A DNA stretch of 64,000 bases from a virus (taxonomy: Duplodnaviria; Caudoviricetes). Under the pieces are notes generated by a model that saw only the letters and a program-made list of their open reading frames with translations, ran no database searches and was not told the DNA's origin. The position numbers were made by a program, and so were the translations under genes. The DNA is taken from positions 1-64,000 of IMG/VR virus record IMGVR_UViG_3300037067_003476; one strand, 5' to 3'. Positions 9,119 to 18,374 of the stretch are shown here, piece by piece. Position 1 is the first letter of the stretch. Each line of letters opens with the position of its first letter.

Positions 9119-9285
9119 AATAAAATTAAAAGAGATGTTTAATCCATCAGACGGATCATGGTGCGACGAAGACGATCCAAAGAATTTATAAAAAACAAGG
9201 ATGGTAATGAATAAACAAGAACCATTTGGTAAGTTATTGACTGATGTATATAAATTTGCAGCAAGAGTCAGTATAGGGGTATAAC

Positions 9286-9936
9286 ATGGAAAAATTCTTT
9301 TTTAGGATAGAAATAGTATCTAAAAGAGATATCCTAATAAGTGTCACAGCAGACACGGAGTCACAAGCCAAAGCTAGGGCTACTGTTGGACCTATTGAAA
9401 ACAGAATCAAAAAAGAAGGTGTCACTGTGCTGTTCGACGATACTACAGAAAGTGAAACATGTAATAAGGAAGTCGTGTGTTCGAAAGAAAAGGCAACGAT
9501 TAACCCTGAGTTTATGCAAGCAGGGAAAAATGAAAGACTAGCTGCGGGCCGGTATTTAGTTATCGACCCATGTTATGTCTTCGGAAAACCACGAGAGCTT
9601 TGGAGTAGGATATGTAATGAATTGAAAGAAGGTCCAGACAGGGATGCGAGAGACCCACTAATAATGACAGTCGATAACAACAAGGTCTTTATCTTTTCAA
9701 CCGCATATGGAGATGGGTGTTATCCGGTATCGCAGGACGAAGAAGTAATTGGTGAGTGTGGCGTTGACGCTGGATTGTTATCTTTTATTCCGGAGAAATT
9801 AATCACTAGTCTGAACCACAAGAGAGAGGATCTGGGTACGTGGGTAGACATAGACATGGATTCAATTATTGAATGGCAATCCATACCTGGAAACGTTCAA
9901 ATCGACAATGTTTATGTGGACACAAATTATGTATAG
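9286..9936 (+). CDS. conserved hypothetical protein (DUF4241-like C-terminal domain)
   Basis: DPCY...TAYGDGCYPV...GVDAG motifs. Confidence 0.6.
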   Translation: MEKFFFRIEIVSKRDILISVTADTESQAKARATVGPIENRIKKEGVTVLFDDTTESETCNKEVVCSKEKATINPEFMQAGKNERLAAGRYLVIDPCYVFGKPRELWSRICNELKEGPDRDARDPLIMTVDNNKVFIFSTAYGDGCYPVSQDEEVIGECGVDAGLLSFIPEKLITSLNHKREDLGTWVDIDMDSIIEWQSIPGNVQIDNVYVDTNYV

Positions 9937-9954
9937 AAAAAATGCGAGGGCGAT

Positions 9955-10176
9955 GTGTCTAACAGGCTAGAGAATAGACCGCTTGTAAAGAATCAATCTT
10001 ATGCAATCTCCTTTGCGGGAGAATTCTATTGGCAACGCTATGTTGGCTCAGGTATCTATATTGGAGAAAACTTAGAGCTTAGTCTGGCTTACAAAGAACG
10101 GCATTGTGACTTTCGATTACCAGATGGAGAAGTATGCGCGTTTCCTGTTTCTGCAATCGGCATAGAAACAAACTAG
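9955..10176 (+). CDS. hypothetical protein
   Basis: GAGG RBS. Confidence 0.55.
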   Translation: MSNRLENRPLVKNQSYAISFAGEFYWQRYVGSGIYIGENLELSLAYKERHCDFRLPDGEVCAFPVSAIGIETN

Positions 10177-10204
10177 TTCTAGTGCGTTTGGTTCAAGGTG
10201 GTAA

Positions 10205-10459
10205 ATGAAAAACCGTAGGAAAAACCGTCCCAACATAAAAGAAAAGGCCGAACAAATAAGGGAAGACAATGAGCGCTTTGTTAGACAACAATTACAGCCA
10301 TATCTGATACACCTACTGAATAAAGTACAAGCAAGGCTAAAACATCCAATAGGGATTTTGGTCGGAAATGGTACGTGGTATATTTCATATCCGGTTAGAC
10401 GACAAAGAGACCTGTTAAACAATATCTTTTTCACTGGCATATGTCTAATTGGATATTAA
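10205..10459 (+). CDS. hypothetical protein, possibly truncated by a premature TAA
   Basis: Same frame stays open for 43 more codons to TGA at 10589-10591. Confidence 0.5.
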   Translation: MKNRRKNRPNIKEKAEQIREDNERFVRQQLQPYLIHLLNKVQARLKHPIGILVGNGTWYISYPVRRQRDLLNNIFFTGICLIGY

Positions 10460-10594
10460 AAGATTAAGAGATTATTTCCAGAATTAATCGAGATAAATGA
10501 TGTGATGACAGAACTATTGGATGAGTTAAATATATACACTTATAATATAGTGCCAAACGTAAAGCCGAAGTACAGTACGAGGAATGCGTGATAT

Positions 10595-11206
10595 ATGTAT
10601 TTGAAAATCACGAGCAAGTGCAATATGTTTTGTAGACATTGTAACTTCGCTTGTACCAAAGATGGCGAAGATATGTGTCTTACGACACTAGAAAAGGCAC
10701 TAGAGTATAGCGATGGGATGATTTGCATCGGTGGTGGAGAACCCACAATACATCCACAATTTTGGGAAATGTTCGCATTAATCCTTGGACACAAGAATAC
10801 CGAAGATGTGTTTATTGTTACAAACGGAAGTATGACGACAACATCTATTGCGCTGGCCAAACTTGCCAAGGCTGGCGTCATCGGCGCTGCCCTATCACAA
10901 GACGAATGGCATGACGAAATAAATGATGATGTTGTTGAAGCATTCACTGTCTCCGATAGCGACAAACGTAATGCGCGCATATATGGTAATCATTTAGATG
11001 ATAGGAGAGAAATACGGACAGTAACAAAACTGGCGTATGGCGGTAGATGTGATTGGGGAAATAAAGATTTGTGTCCGTGCCCAGAAATTACCGTCGAGCC
11101 CAATGGCGACGTTTACTCGTGTGGTTGTTATAAACGAATTAAACTGGGAGATGTATTAAAGGGGTTTAACATCCCTGACTACCCGAAACTATGTATTAAT
11201 AAATAG
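10595..11206 (+). CDS. Radical SAM protein with C-terminal SPASM/twitch-like motif
   Basis: CNMFCRHC, GGGEP, VTNG, C...VEPNGDVYSC. Confidence 0.9.
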   Translation: MYLKITSKCNMFCRHCNFACTKDGEDMCLTTLEKALEYSDGMICIGGGEPTIHPQFWEMFALILGHKNTEDVFIVTNGSMTTTSIALAKLAKAGVIGAALSQDEWHDEINDDVVEAFTVSDSDKRNARIYGNHLDDRREIRTVTKLAYGGRCDWGNKDLCPCPEITVEPNGDVYSCGCYKRIKLGDVLKGFNIPDYPKLCINK

Positions 11207-11280
11207 GAGAAATGCGGTGATTAACCAGCTACTCGCTCTGCGGGTATATCTGGGGAACACATTTTGGAAAGGACCAAAGA

Positions 11281-11817
11281 ATGTGTCAATTTATTAGTGG
11301 CTGGATAAACCAAGAAGGCGAAATTTTGATTCGTGACTTTCGCAGTCACTCAGGAACCGAGAGGGCTCTTGGACGAAGCCTCGAAAGGGAGGGGTATCGC
11401 CCCTGGGAGTGGACACGAGATGATAGTGGCGAATCGCTGACTGTACGCATCGTTCCAAACGAGGAATGGAACGAGGCTGCGTACAAGAGTCTTATTCTCT
11501 CGCGATACCAGAGTCGAGGCGACCTGGGTTATAGTGTCGTCAACACCAAAGAGTTTCGCGACTACATCAAAAATTAATCACTCAACTTAATGGATTGTTG
11601 GAGTCTGGTCTCGTTACCAGACAACTTGAAAATTGGCGGAAATTTATGTATTGATAGCTGCACAGTACTTAAATCGCTGCCAAACAATTTAAGGGTTGGC
11701 ACAGATCTATATCTTTATAACTGCACAGCACTTAAATCGCTGCCAGATAACTTGAAAGTTGGCGGAAATCTATATCTTGATGGCTGCACAGCACTACAAC
11801 CCCCAAAACAATCCTAA
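11281..11817 (+). pseudogene. Second LRR gene copy interrupted by an in-frame TAA (11575-11577), three LRR units, degenerate end
   Basis: ORFs 11281-11577 and 11590-11817 share a frame; 11544-11571 is identical to window 1-28; TAA aligns with AGA of the first copy. Confidence 0.85.
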
Positions 11818-11887
11818 ACAACTCCTTAAGGACGAGAGTCTATATAGATGGGTTAATTTGTGTGGCGTCAAAATTTGAGGATAAACA

Positions 11888-12295
11888 ATGTATTTTTTAT
11901 ATAAAATATGGTTAATAGTTAAGCATAGACCATTCATCAAGTGTCCGTTCTGTGGTGGGATTGGTGGATCAATAGAAGGATATTATGAAAGAGAGTGGTC
12001 TGAATGTCATGCTTGTTATGACGAATGGCGTGGTCTTGACGACTGTAATCTTAGTTGGTTCGTAGGGAAAACTTCTTTACTAAACTGGATTCGTTCTAAG
12101 TTATCGATACGCAGCGGATTATGGTATCGTGCTAAACTCGTTACGATATTACGTTGTAAAATTGGCTTACATAAATTTAGCGAGATGGGTTACGATGAGA
12201 AGTTATGTGTATATTGCTACAAAGTCAGAGATATGGTATCACTGACTAATATGAAAAAGAAAGAAGGGCAAAATGGAAACAACAGAAATAATTAA
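11888..12295 (+). CDS. hypothetical protein with CxxC motifs
   Basis: GAGGA RBS. Confidence 0.6.
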   Translation: MYFLYKIWLIVKHRPFIKCPFCGGIGGSIEGYYEREWSECHACYDEWRGLDDCNLSWFVGKTSLLNWIRSKLSIRSGLWYRAKLVTILRCKIGLHKFSEMGYDEKLCVYCYKVRDMVSLTNMKKKEGQNGNNRNN

Positions 12296-12638
12296 TGGAT
12301 TAGCAGAAAAGATTGGGGTTGCAGCAGATAAACTAATACCTGTTGCAGAAAGACTGGTAACAGAAACACAAAATAAATATTTAGTTTTATCAATAGGGAC
12401 TGGTGTCGGTGTTATTGTTTGTCTTCTGATTACAACATTACTTATCGCGTGGACACATAGACTGTGCTTGAGGAATAAAGAAGGTCTCTCCGAAAACATT
12501 GCATCGCTATGTGCCACAATCGTAACAACAATCGTAACAACAATTGTCGCAACAGTCGTGTGTGCCGCAATGACAGTAGAGAATATCTCTAATTATATGA
12601 GTCCTGCTAAGACTTTATTAGAATCAATTATTAAATAA
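12273..12638 (+). CDS. hypothetical membrane protein (2 TM)
   Basis: two hydrophobic segments; internal 12-bp TIVT repeat. Confidence 0.65.
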   Translation: METTEIINGLAEKIGVAADKLIPVAERLVTETQNKYLVLSIGTGVGVIVCLLITTLLIAWTHRLCLRNKEGLSENIASLCATIVTTIVTTIVATVVCAAMTVENISNYMSPAKTLLESIIK

Positions 12639-12871
12639 ATGATGAATAAAATGATAACACTATCCGAGCCGTTAATATTGACAGAAACGAACGGGCTACT
12701 AGTCGCATGAATACAAATGGTACCATATCCTGTCTAACAAAAGCGGAACTTCCGTCTTGTGGACAAATACACCAAGAGACGCTATTAGGTTAATAGACTT
12801 TTGGAGTGGAGGTGATTGGAGATACTCGTTGTTGAACTAAGAAAAAGCCATGTGTGTCAGGAGATCGTTGA

Positions 12872-13381
12872 ATGACGACCAACGACTATATAAAATTACT
12901 TAAGGCAGAAGGTTTCATCAAGATCTTAGAGGAGGAGTTTGTTGGAAATGATAACTGCAAGGAAATATTTTTCATATATTTTCACAAAAACGGCATATTT
13001 GTAAGCTTTGACACATATAGCATTCACACGATTAACGCCGCGAAGATGGTTTTCAACTGGAAGCCCAAAACCCTATCTGCAATAAACGAAATATGCGGAA
13101 GTGGATACTTTATTAAGATGAGAAATGGTAAGATGGTGTGGATAGGAAGCGATGATGTTCGAGACAGCATGTGGTATAAATTAAGAAGGTTGAGACGAAG
13201 TGGCGTGTTTATACGAGACTGGTTCGAGTGTCCGGATATATGGTGGGTAAACTATACGGAATCAAAGTTGTCAACCAAAGAACTGTATCTCGCAATGATA
13301 AGAAAGTTCTGTAAACTTCCACAGTCCATACAGCAGGACTTTCATTTAATCCACGAATATCTAGAATATGGAGCAAGTTAA
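12872..13381 (+). CDS. hypothetical protein
   Basis: AGGAG RBS. Confidence 0.7.
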   Translation: MTTNDYIKLLKAEGFIKILEEEFVGNDNCKEIFFIYFHKNGIFVSFDTYSIHTINAAKMVFNWKPKTLSAINEICGSGYFIKMRNGKMVWIGSDDVRDSMWYKLRRLRRSGVFIRDWFECPDIWWVNYTESKLSTKELYLAMIRKFCKLPQSIQQDFHLIHEYLEYGAS

Positions 13382-13394
13382 AAGGGAGAATCAT

Positions 13395-14105
13395 ATGTGT
13401 GTAATTGTTGTAAGGCCCCCAGGAGTTAATATACAAAACCATATATTACAACTCTGCTTTATCGCAAACGATGATGGGGCGGGATTTATGTATGCCGCAA
13501 ACAAAAGGCTCTATATTGAAAAGGGATTTTTCACGTTCGATAGTTTCGCGAACGCCTATGCAAGGGTTCCTGATAATGTTCCATGTGTATTGCATTTTAG
13601 GTTGGCCACATCTGGATTACACGACTGGAATAATTGTCATCCCCATAAAATCAACAGGGGATTAGCTTTTGTGCATAATGGCATAATACCAACATCGCCA
13701 ATCCGTAACAGGACTGACAGCGACACGGTGTGGTTCAATAAGGAAGTACTCAAGAAAATGCCATCGAATTTCCATAAGAGATTAGATCTTGTTATGGCAA
13801 TAGAAGGAATGATTGGCCCATGCAATAAGTTAGTTGTCCTAGATAGGTTTGGTTGTATAACGTTCTTTAATGCGGATGGATTTGGCGAATACATGGGATG
13901 TTGGTTCTCGAATTTTAACTGGAGTAGACCTTTATTTGAACCTACGTCGCGCAAAAAACTGTGGTGCCCAAGCTGTTCGCGTGAATATAGTTGTCTCGCA
14001 AGTGATTTTAATATTATACAGGTTTGCAACTGTGGAAGTATATTGGAAAGGGCTGTAAACGAATATGCCTATGAGGGAGACTATGAGTACCAGCGAATGT
14101 TCTAA
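13395..14105 (+). CDS. Class II glutamine amidotransferase (Ntn hydrolase)
   Basis: Met-Cys start, NDDGAG, HFRLATSG, CHP, HNG, SDT. Confidence 0.92.
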   Translation: MCVIVVRPPGVNIQNHILQLCFIANDDGAGFMYAANKRLYIEKGFFTFDSFANAYARVPDNVPCVLHFRLATSGLHDWNNCHPHKINRGLAFVHNGIIPTSPIRNRTDSDTVWFNKEVLKKMPSNFHKRLDLVMAIEGMIGPCNKLVVLDRFGCITFFNADGFGEYMGCWFSNFNWSRPLFEPTSRKKLWCPSCSREYSCLASDFNIIQVCNCGSILERAVNEYAYEGDYEYQRMF

Positions 14106-15312
14106 TTGTGGAAAAACAACATCGCATCTACTTACAGAATGTTGTATGGAAAATGTATGTCTTGACTGTTTAATTGTGAATCATTTTAAGTGTCATGATT
14201 GTGGCGAGTTTTTTGAAAACGATGATTGTGTCTCCGATAAGGATGGTAATCAATATTGTGAACGTTGTCATAACAACAGGTTTGTGAGATGTTTTTGGTG
14301 TGATAAAGAGCTTGGTCGTGATGATGCTTGGTCAGACATAGATGGAGATTATGTATGTGAAAGCTGCCGGAATAGCAGATATTCACTTTGTATATGTTGC
14401 GGAGAATGGTTTCATAAAAACAATACAACCACAAACAATTTTGGAGAAATCTTTTGTGAAGATTGTTATGGCGAAAGGTATGTTGTGTGTGAGGCGTGCG
14501 GATGTGAAATAGATGTCGATGAGATTCATAACGAAGAGAGATTGTGCGCTGGGTGCTACGAAGCACAAAATCATGGCGTACACCCGCATTCATATAAACC
14601 AGAACCAGTGTTTTTCAAATGTTCAGACGAGAAAGCAAATCGATTTTTCGGAGTTGAATTGGAAATAGAAAACGTACATGACGACGATGAGCACGAAGAG
14701 GTATTGTTGGGCGATATTGAACGCTTCATTTACTACAAACATGATGGTAGCCTAAACAACGGATTTGAAGTAGTGACACATCCGTTTACATGGAAATGGA
14801 TGCGAAAAAATCGTGATATACTGGACCCAATATTCAACCTTAAAAACCATGGATATCGTAGCTGGGATACCGACACATGCGGAATGCATGTACATGTAAC
14901 GAAACAGAGCATTTCTTGCCTAACGCTATACAGACTGCTAAAGATATTCAATAATTATCCATCATGGATACTTGCGATAAGCAGAAGGACAAAATCCAAT
15001 TTAGATAATTGGGCAGCAGTGGAATTTGATAGTTCGTTGTCCAATATAGCCAAAAGGAAAAGCGACTCTCACCAGAGATACAGGGCTATCAACTTGTGTC
15101 CAGTAAATACGATAGAGTTTAGAATATTTCGTGGTACACTTAACAAAGAATCGTTCATGGCAAACCTAGAATTTGTTCATACCATAATAGAATATTGCGA
15201 GCAGACCAGTTACAGAAGCGTGTGTCCAGATGGATACATTAAATTTATAGGCCGTAAGAAAAGGAAGCAAATGGATACGGTATTGTGTGGAAGATACGAT
15301 GAAAACGAATAA
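14065..15312 (+). CDS. Amidoligase (COOH-NH2 ligase) with N-terminal CxxC repeat array
   Basis: GVELEIE, HDGSL, GFEVVTHP, CGMHVHV, RYRAIN, TIEFRIFRGT. Confidence 0.9.
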   Translation: MPMRETMSTSECSNCGKTTSHLLTECCMENVCLDCLIVNHFKCHDCGEFFENDDCVSDKDGNQYCERCHNNRFVRCFWCDKELGRDDAWSDIDGDYVCESCRNSRYSLCICCGEWFHKNNTTTNNFGEIFCEDCYGERYVVCEACGCEIDVDEIHNEERLCAGCYEAQNHGVHPHSYKPEPVFFKCSDEKANRFFGVELEIENVHDDDEHEEVLLGDIERFIYYKHDGSLNNGFEVVTHPFTWKWMRKNRDILDPIFNLKNHGYRSWDTDTCGMHVHVTKQSISCLTLYRLLKIFNNYPSWILAISRRTKSNLDNWAAVEFDSSLSNIAKRKSDSHQRYRAINLCPVNTIEFRIFRGTLNKESFMANLEFVHTIIEYCEQTSYRSVCPDGYIKFIGRKKRKQMDTVLCGRYDENE

Positions 15313-15841
15313 ATTGATAATTATAGATCTTGAGGCGACATGCATCGAGAACCAAACTGCCGACTTTGTACAAGAGATAATCCAAATAGGCATTGCTGTA
15401 TACAATACAAAGATTGGCAAGACGGAAAATTGTATGGGATTTTTGGTCAGACCAAATGATATTGACATTAGCGAGTACTGTACAAACCTGACTGGCATAA
15501 CTCGCGATATGTTAGTTAGTGAAGGCCATCCATTACGCGAAGTGTTGAACACTATAAAAAAGCTTTATCCAATAAAGACCAGACCATGGTGCTCATGGGG
15601 GCTGTATGATAGAATACAACTTATGTCTGAGTGTTCGGCGAAACGAATATCATATCCGTTTAGCGAGAATCATTTTGACTTGAAAAGCATTTACGCGATA
15701 TTTCGCGGTCTATCGAATGGGGTGGGGTTACAAAAAGCCATTGAGATGGAGGATATGACGTTTGACGGGACGCCACATTCCGCAATGTGGGATGTTTTTA
15801 ACACATCAAAAATTGCGTCGGCTATATTCTATAAGCGATGA
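15299..15841 (+). CDS. DEDDh 3'-5' exonuclease (KapD/ERI-1-like)
   Basis: IDLEATC, EIIQIG, SWGLYD, HSAMWD. Confidence 0.9.
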   Translation: MKTNKLIIIDLEATCIENQTADFVQEIIQIGIAVYNTKIGKTENCMGFLVRPNDIDISEYCTNLTGITRDMLVSEGHPLREVLNTIKKLYPIKTRPWCSWGLYDRIQLMSECSAKRISYPFSENHFDLKSIYAIFRGLSNGVGLQKAIEMEDMTFDGTPHSAMWDVFNTSKIASAIFYKR

Positions 15842-15896
15842 TAAACAAATCGGCGATAATCTGGTACAAGAACAAAATACGAAAGGCAAACCTAAT

Positions 15897-16295
15897 ATGT
15901 GTGTTTCGATACTAACTTCTGTCGTATGTGGGATTATTATTGGATTAGAACGAGAACATAGGGACAAACCGGCAGGAATAAAAACACTAGCACTGATATG
16001 TCTCGGTAGCACCATATTTACAATCATCTCGATCATGATATCTAGTGATTATCCTTCTGACAGAGCACGAATAGCTGCCCAAGTTGTTACAGGAATAGGT
16101 TTTCTCGGTGCTGGTGCAATCATACGAGATGGTAGTACTATAGTTGGGTTGACAACTGGCGCTACAATATGGACGACAGCAGCAATAGGGATGTTAATTG
16201 GTATAGGACATCCTGTTTATGGCGTTATTATATCTGTGGCTATAGTTTTATTATTAACAGCACTTAGAAAGATAGAAAAATATCTGGGAAGATAA
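15897..16295 (+). CDS. mgtC: MgtC/SapB family membrane protein (N-terminal domain only)
   Basis: IGLERE..DKPAGIKT, RIAAQVVTGIGFLGAG, GLTTGATIW. Confidence 0.92.
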   Translation: MCVSILTSVVCGIIIGLEREHRDKPAGIKTLALICLGSTIFTIISIMISSDYPSDRARIAAQVVTGIGFLGAGAIIRDGSTIVGLTTGATIWTTAAIGMLIGIGHPVYGVIISVAIVLLLTALRKIEKYLGR

Positions 16296-16296
16296 T

Positions 16297-16506
16297 ATGA
16301 CAAAAGAACAAATGTATAATGGCGGATTAACTATGACGCGATTGGCGTATACTGATGAAGAATTGCCCCTGGCAATAGAAACCACTACCTTAGTCATAGC
16401 TTATCTCAAAGGACGTGGGCCGCTTTTCCATTTAGCGTATAGTCCGCTTACAAAAGACTTAGAAATGCTTCAATCGTTCGCTAAGAGTAGGGGTCTAAAG
16501 AATTAA
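16297..16506 (+). CDS. hypothetical protein
   Basis: packed ORF. Confidence 0.55.
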   Translation: MTKEQMYNGGLTMTRLAYTDEELPLAIETTTLVIAYLKGRGPLFHLAYSPLTKDLEMLQSFAKSRGLKN

Positions 16507-16508
16507 TC

Positions 16509-16733
16509 ATGGCAAAATTCTATGTAAGTAGTGGCGAGTTAAGAAAAATAGTGACAGAGAAAACTCTATTATCTGCGGCTGTAAAAGCTATTAAGATTGT
16601 TATAGCAGAAAACCCAGAGACATTAATAGGTCAAGCTATAGTAATAAGTGAACTTGGTTTTGGAAAATTGCACGAAGGAGATACTATAGTGAATACAATG
16701 TCTATCGCAGAATTACTTAGTGATGATAAATAA
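16509..16733 (+). CDS. hypothetical protein
   Basis: packed ORF. Confidence 0.6.
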   Translation: MAKFYVSSGELRKIVTEKTLLSAAVKAIKIVIAENPETLIGQAIVISELGFGKLHEGDTIVNTMSIAELLSDDK

Positions 16734-16755
16734 AAAAGGAGCCCAGACGGGCTCC
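16732..16755 (-). terminator. Rho-independent terminator for the minus-strand gene
   Basis: GGAGCCC-4nt-GGGCTCC stem followed by T6 on the minus strand. Confidence 0.85.
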
Positions 16756-16782
16756 GTATAGTTGTAATATTGTTATACTAAG

Positions 16783-16980
16783 TTAAGATCCAAATAACGA
16801 ATTCCATGCCTGTTCAAATGGACAAGATGGTTGATCTTCGCAATCACTCACAAGGGCCATCCACCAGTTACAGTCCTGATAGGCTTTAGCAGCTTGTAGA
16901 GCACTGTAGTCACAACCGAAATTGCAGCACAAACCCACTAGACAAATCGCAAACAGAACAAAAGCAAATGCGTTTTTCAT
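16783..16980 (-). CDS. Small Cys-rich secreted protein/lipoprotein
   Basis: Strong RBS AAGGAGGTG, signal-peptide-like N-terminus ending FG-C, own terminator, fills a gap in + strand coding. Confidence 0.8.
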   Translation of the reverse strand: MKNAFAFVLFAICLVGLCCNFGCDYSALQAAKAYQDCNWWMALVSDCEDQPSCPFEQAWNSLFGS

Positions 16981-16998
16981 ACGGCACCTCCTTCTACG

Positions 16999-17009
16999 AT
17001 TTTATACAC
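16999..17009 (-). promoter_or_regulatory. -10-like element GTGTATAAAAT upstream of the antisense gene
   Basis: located just 5' of the RBS. Confidence 0.4.
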
Positions 17010-17020
17010 GGAGCAAACGA

Positions 17021-17245
17021 ATGGATATAAATGAAGCAGTTGAAATATACAATGATTTATTACACTTAGAACAAAATGGCATCTGGCCACATGGAGCATA
17101 TCCCTTATGGATTCATAAACACTATAAGTTATTGTTAGATATGGAAGTTGGTGCTTCTCAAATCCATAATGCTGCTATAAGCGATGTCGCAAGAGTATTC
17201 CATCAGATCCTTGTAAACCATGGTATCGTAAAACCGAGGGAATAA
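17021..17245 (+). CDS. hypothetical protein
   Basis: GGAG RBS before ATG 17021. Confidence 0.6.
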   Translation: MDINEAVEIYNDLLHLEQNGIWPHGAYPLWIHKHYKLLLDMEVGASQIHNAAISDVARVFHQILVNHGIVKPRE

Positions 17246-17247
17246 AG

Positions 17248-17940
17248 ATGGCAAAAATACTTTTGGATTTAGATATGGACTACTTTAACTATATAAAAAA
17301 TCCATCAGAGGTATTAGGTAGATTATTATCAAAAGTTCCTAAAAATGTACCAGCAGTAGTTGTTATTGAACATCAAACTATATTGCCTTATGTCAAAGAG
17401 TGGGTTAGGGGTGGATTAGTTCCGATACCATTCAAATGGATTCATATGGATCAGCATCATGATTTTTACCAAGGCAAAAGTAAGCCAGTCCATTGTGGTA
17501 ATTTTGGTTTCTTTATGCCTACAAAATATTATAATAAATTTACATGGGTTGCGCAAAGTCGAAATAGCAGAGTCGACGATGACTGGGAATTTATGTCCAG
17601 TGAATGGATTAGAAAAAATGGAAAAAGAGTGTCTGAGCATTATGATAGACAACCCATGCGCAAAGAGGATTCGGTTATTGGTATGGTAATTGCGATTTCT
17701 CCAGACTATATCGATTATCCTGAATTTGTTTTGGCCAGTATGCTAGCAATAATAAATAATCACTTCAATCTAAAAACGATTCCACTTCCAAGGCAAAATA
17801 GGCGAGGACGCGAACAGTACGAGGAGAGAAAATGGGTCTCGTCATGGAAAAGATCGGCATCAGACAAGATATACGAGTGGAGAAAACGTCTTTGCGAAAT
17901 GATGAACAAGGAAGATTATCTACGCATTATGACGCATTAG
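17248..17940 (+). CDS. UPF0489/arginase-like fold protein
   Basis: LDLDMDYF, EHQ, HMDQHHD, CGN, ISPDY. Confidence 0.6.
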   Translation: MAKILLDLDMDYFNYIKNPSEVLGRLLSKVPKNVPAVVVIEHQTILPYVKEWVRGGLVPIPFKWIHMDQHHDFYQGKSKPVHCGNFGFFMPTKYYNKFTWVAQSRNSRVDDDWEFMSSEWIRKNGKRVSEHYDRQPMRKEDSVIGMVIAISPDYIDYPEFVLASMLAIINNHFNLKTIPLPRQNRRGREQYEERKWVSSWKRSASDKIYEWRKRLCEMMNKEDYLRIMTH

Positions 17941-18374
17941 TGGTATCGGATAAGTTGTCAGACGGAAGAATAACATGTCTGCGACCAAGCGATGCTGATG
18001 ATTGCATGCATGGGGTATGTGTATCGTGTGGAAAAGAGTTGTGGTTTGAGAAGCCAAAATTCGAGACGTTGGTGGATGTCTCATGCTCTTTTCAATGCGC
18101 TAAAAATGCTGGGTTGTACAAGGAATGGATTGAGCCAGAGCCAGAACCAGCACAACCAGCCATTGTGATAGAAGTATGCGAGAAATGCGGTGGACGTAAA
18201 TACGGTGATGTGTACCTACATAAGAGAAGCTGTCCGCTCAAGATAAAAAAGGTACGAGAACAAAGGCCGAACTGTTCTATGTGCGGTGGGAAGCCATTTA
18301 AGAGAGGATGGAAACATACAAAAGAATGCATCAATAACTCTAGAAACAGGAGGAAGAAATGTGTGAAAAAGTAA
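17940..18374 (+). CDS. multi zinc-finger hypothetical protein
   Basis: CxxC...CSxxC plus two CxxC...HxxxC motifs; likely GTG start at 17940. Confidence 0.6.
   Translation: MVSDKLSDGRITCLRPSDADDCMHGVCVSCGKELWFEKPKFETLVDVSCSFQCAKNAGLYKEWIEPEPEPAQPAIVIEVCEKCGGRKYGDVYLHKRSCPLKIKKVREQRPNCSMCGGKPFKRGWKHTKECINNSRNRRKKCVKK

Noticed and set aside
11544-11817. Second LRR locus as the DGR template repeat for the first
   Set aside because: Differences are not confined to adenines of this copy (for example TGG vs CAA), and no RT is in the window.
12517-12560. 12-bp ACAATCGTAACA repeat
   Set aside because: Short in-frame slippage inside a TM helix; no sign of phase variation.
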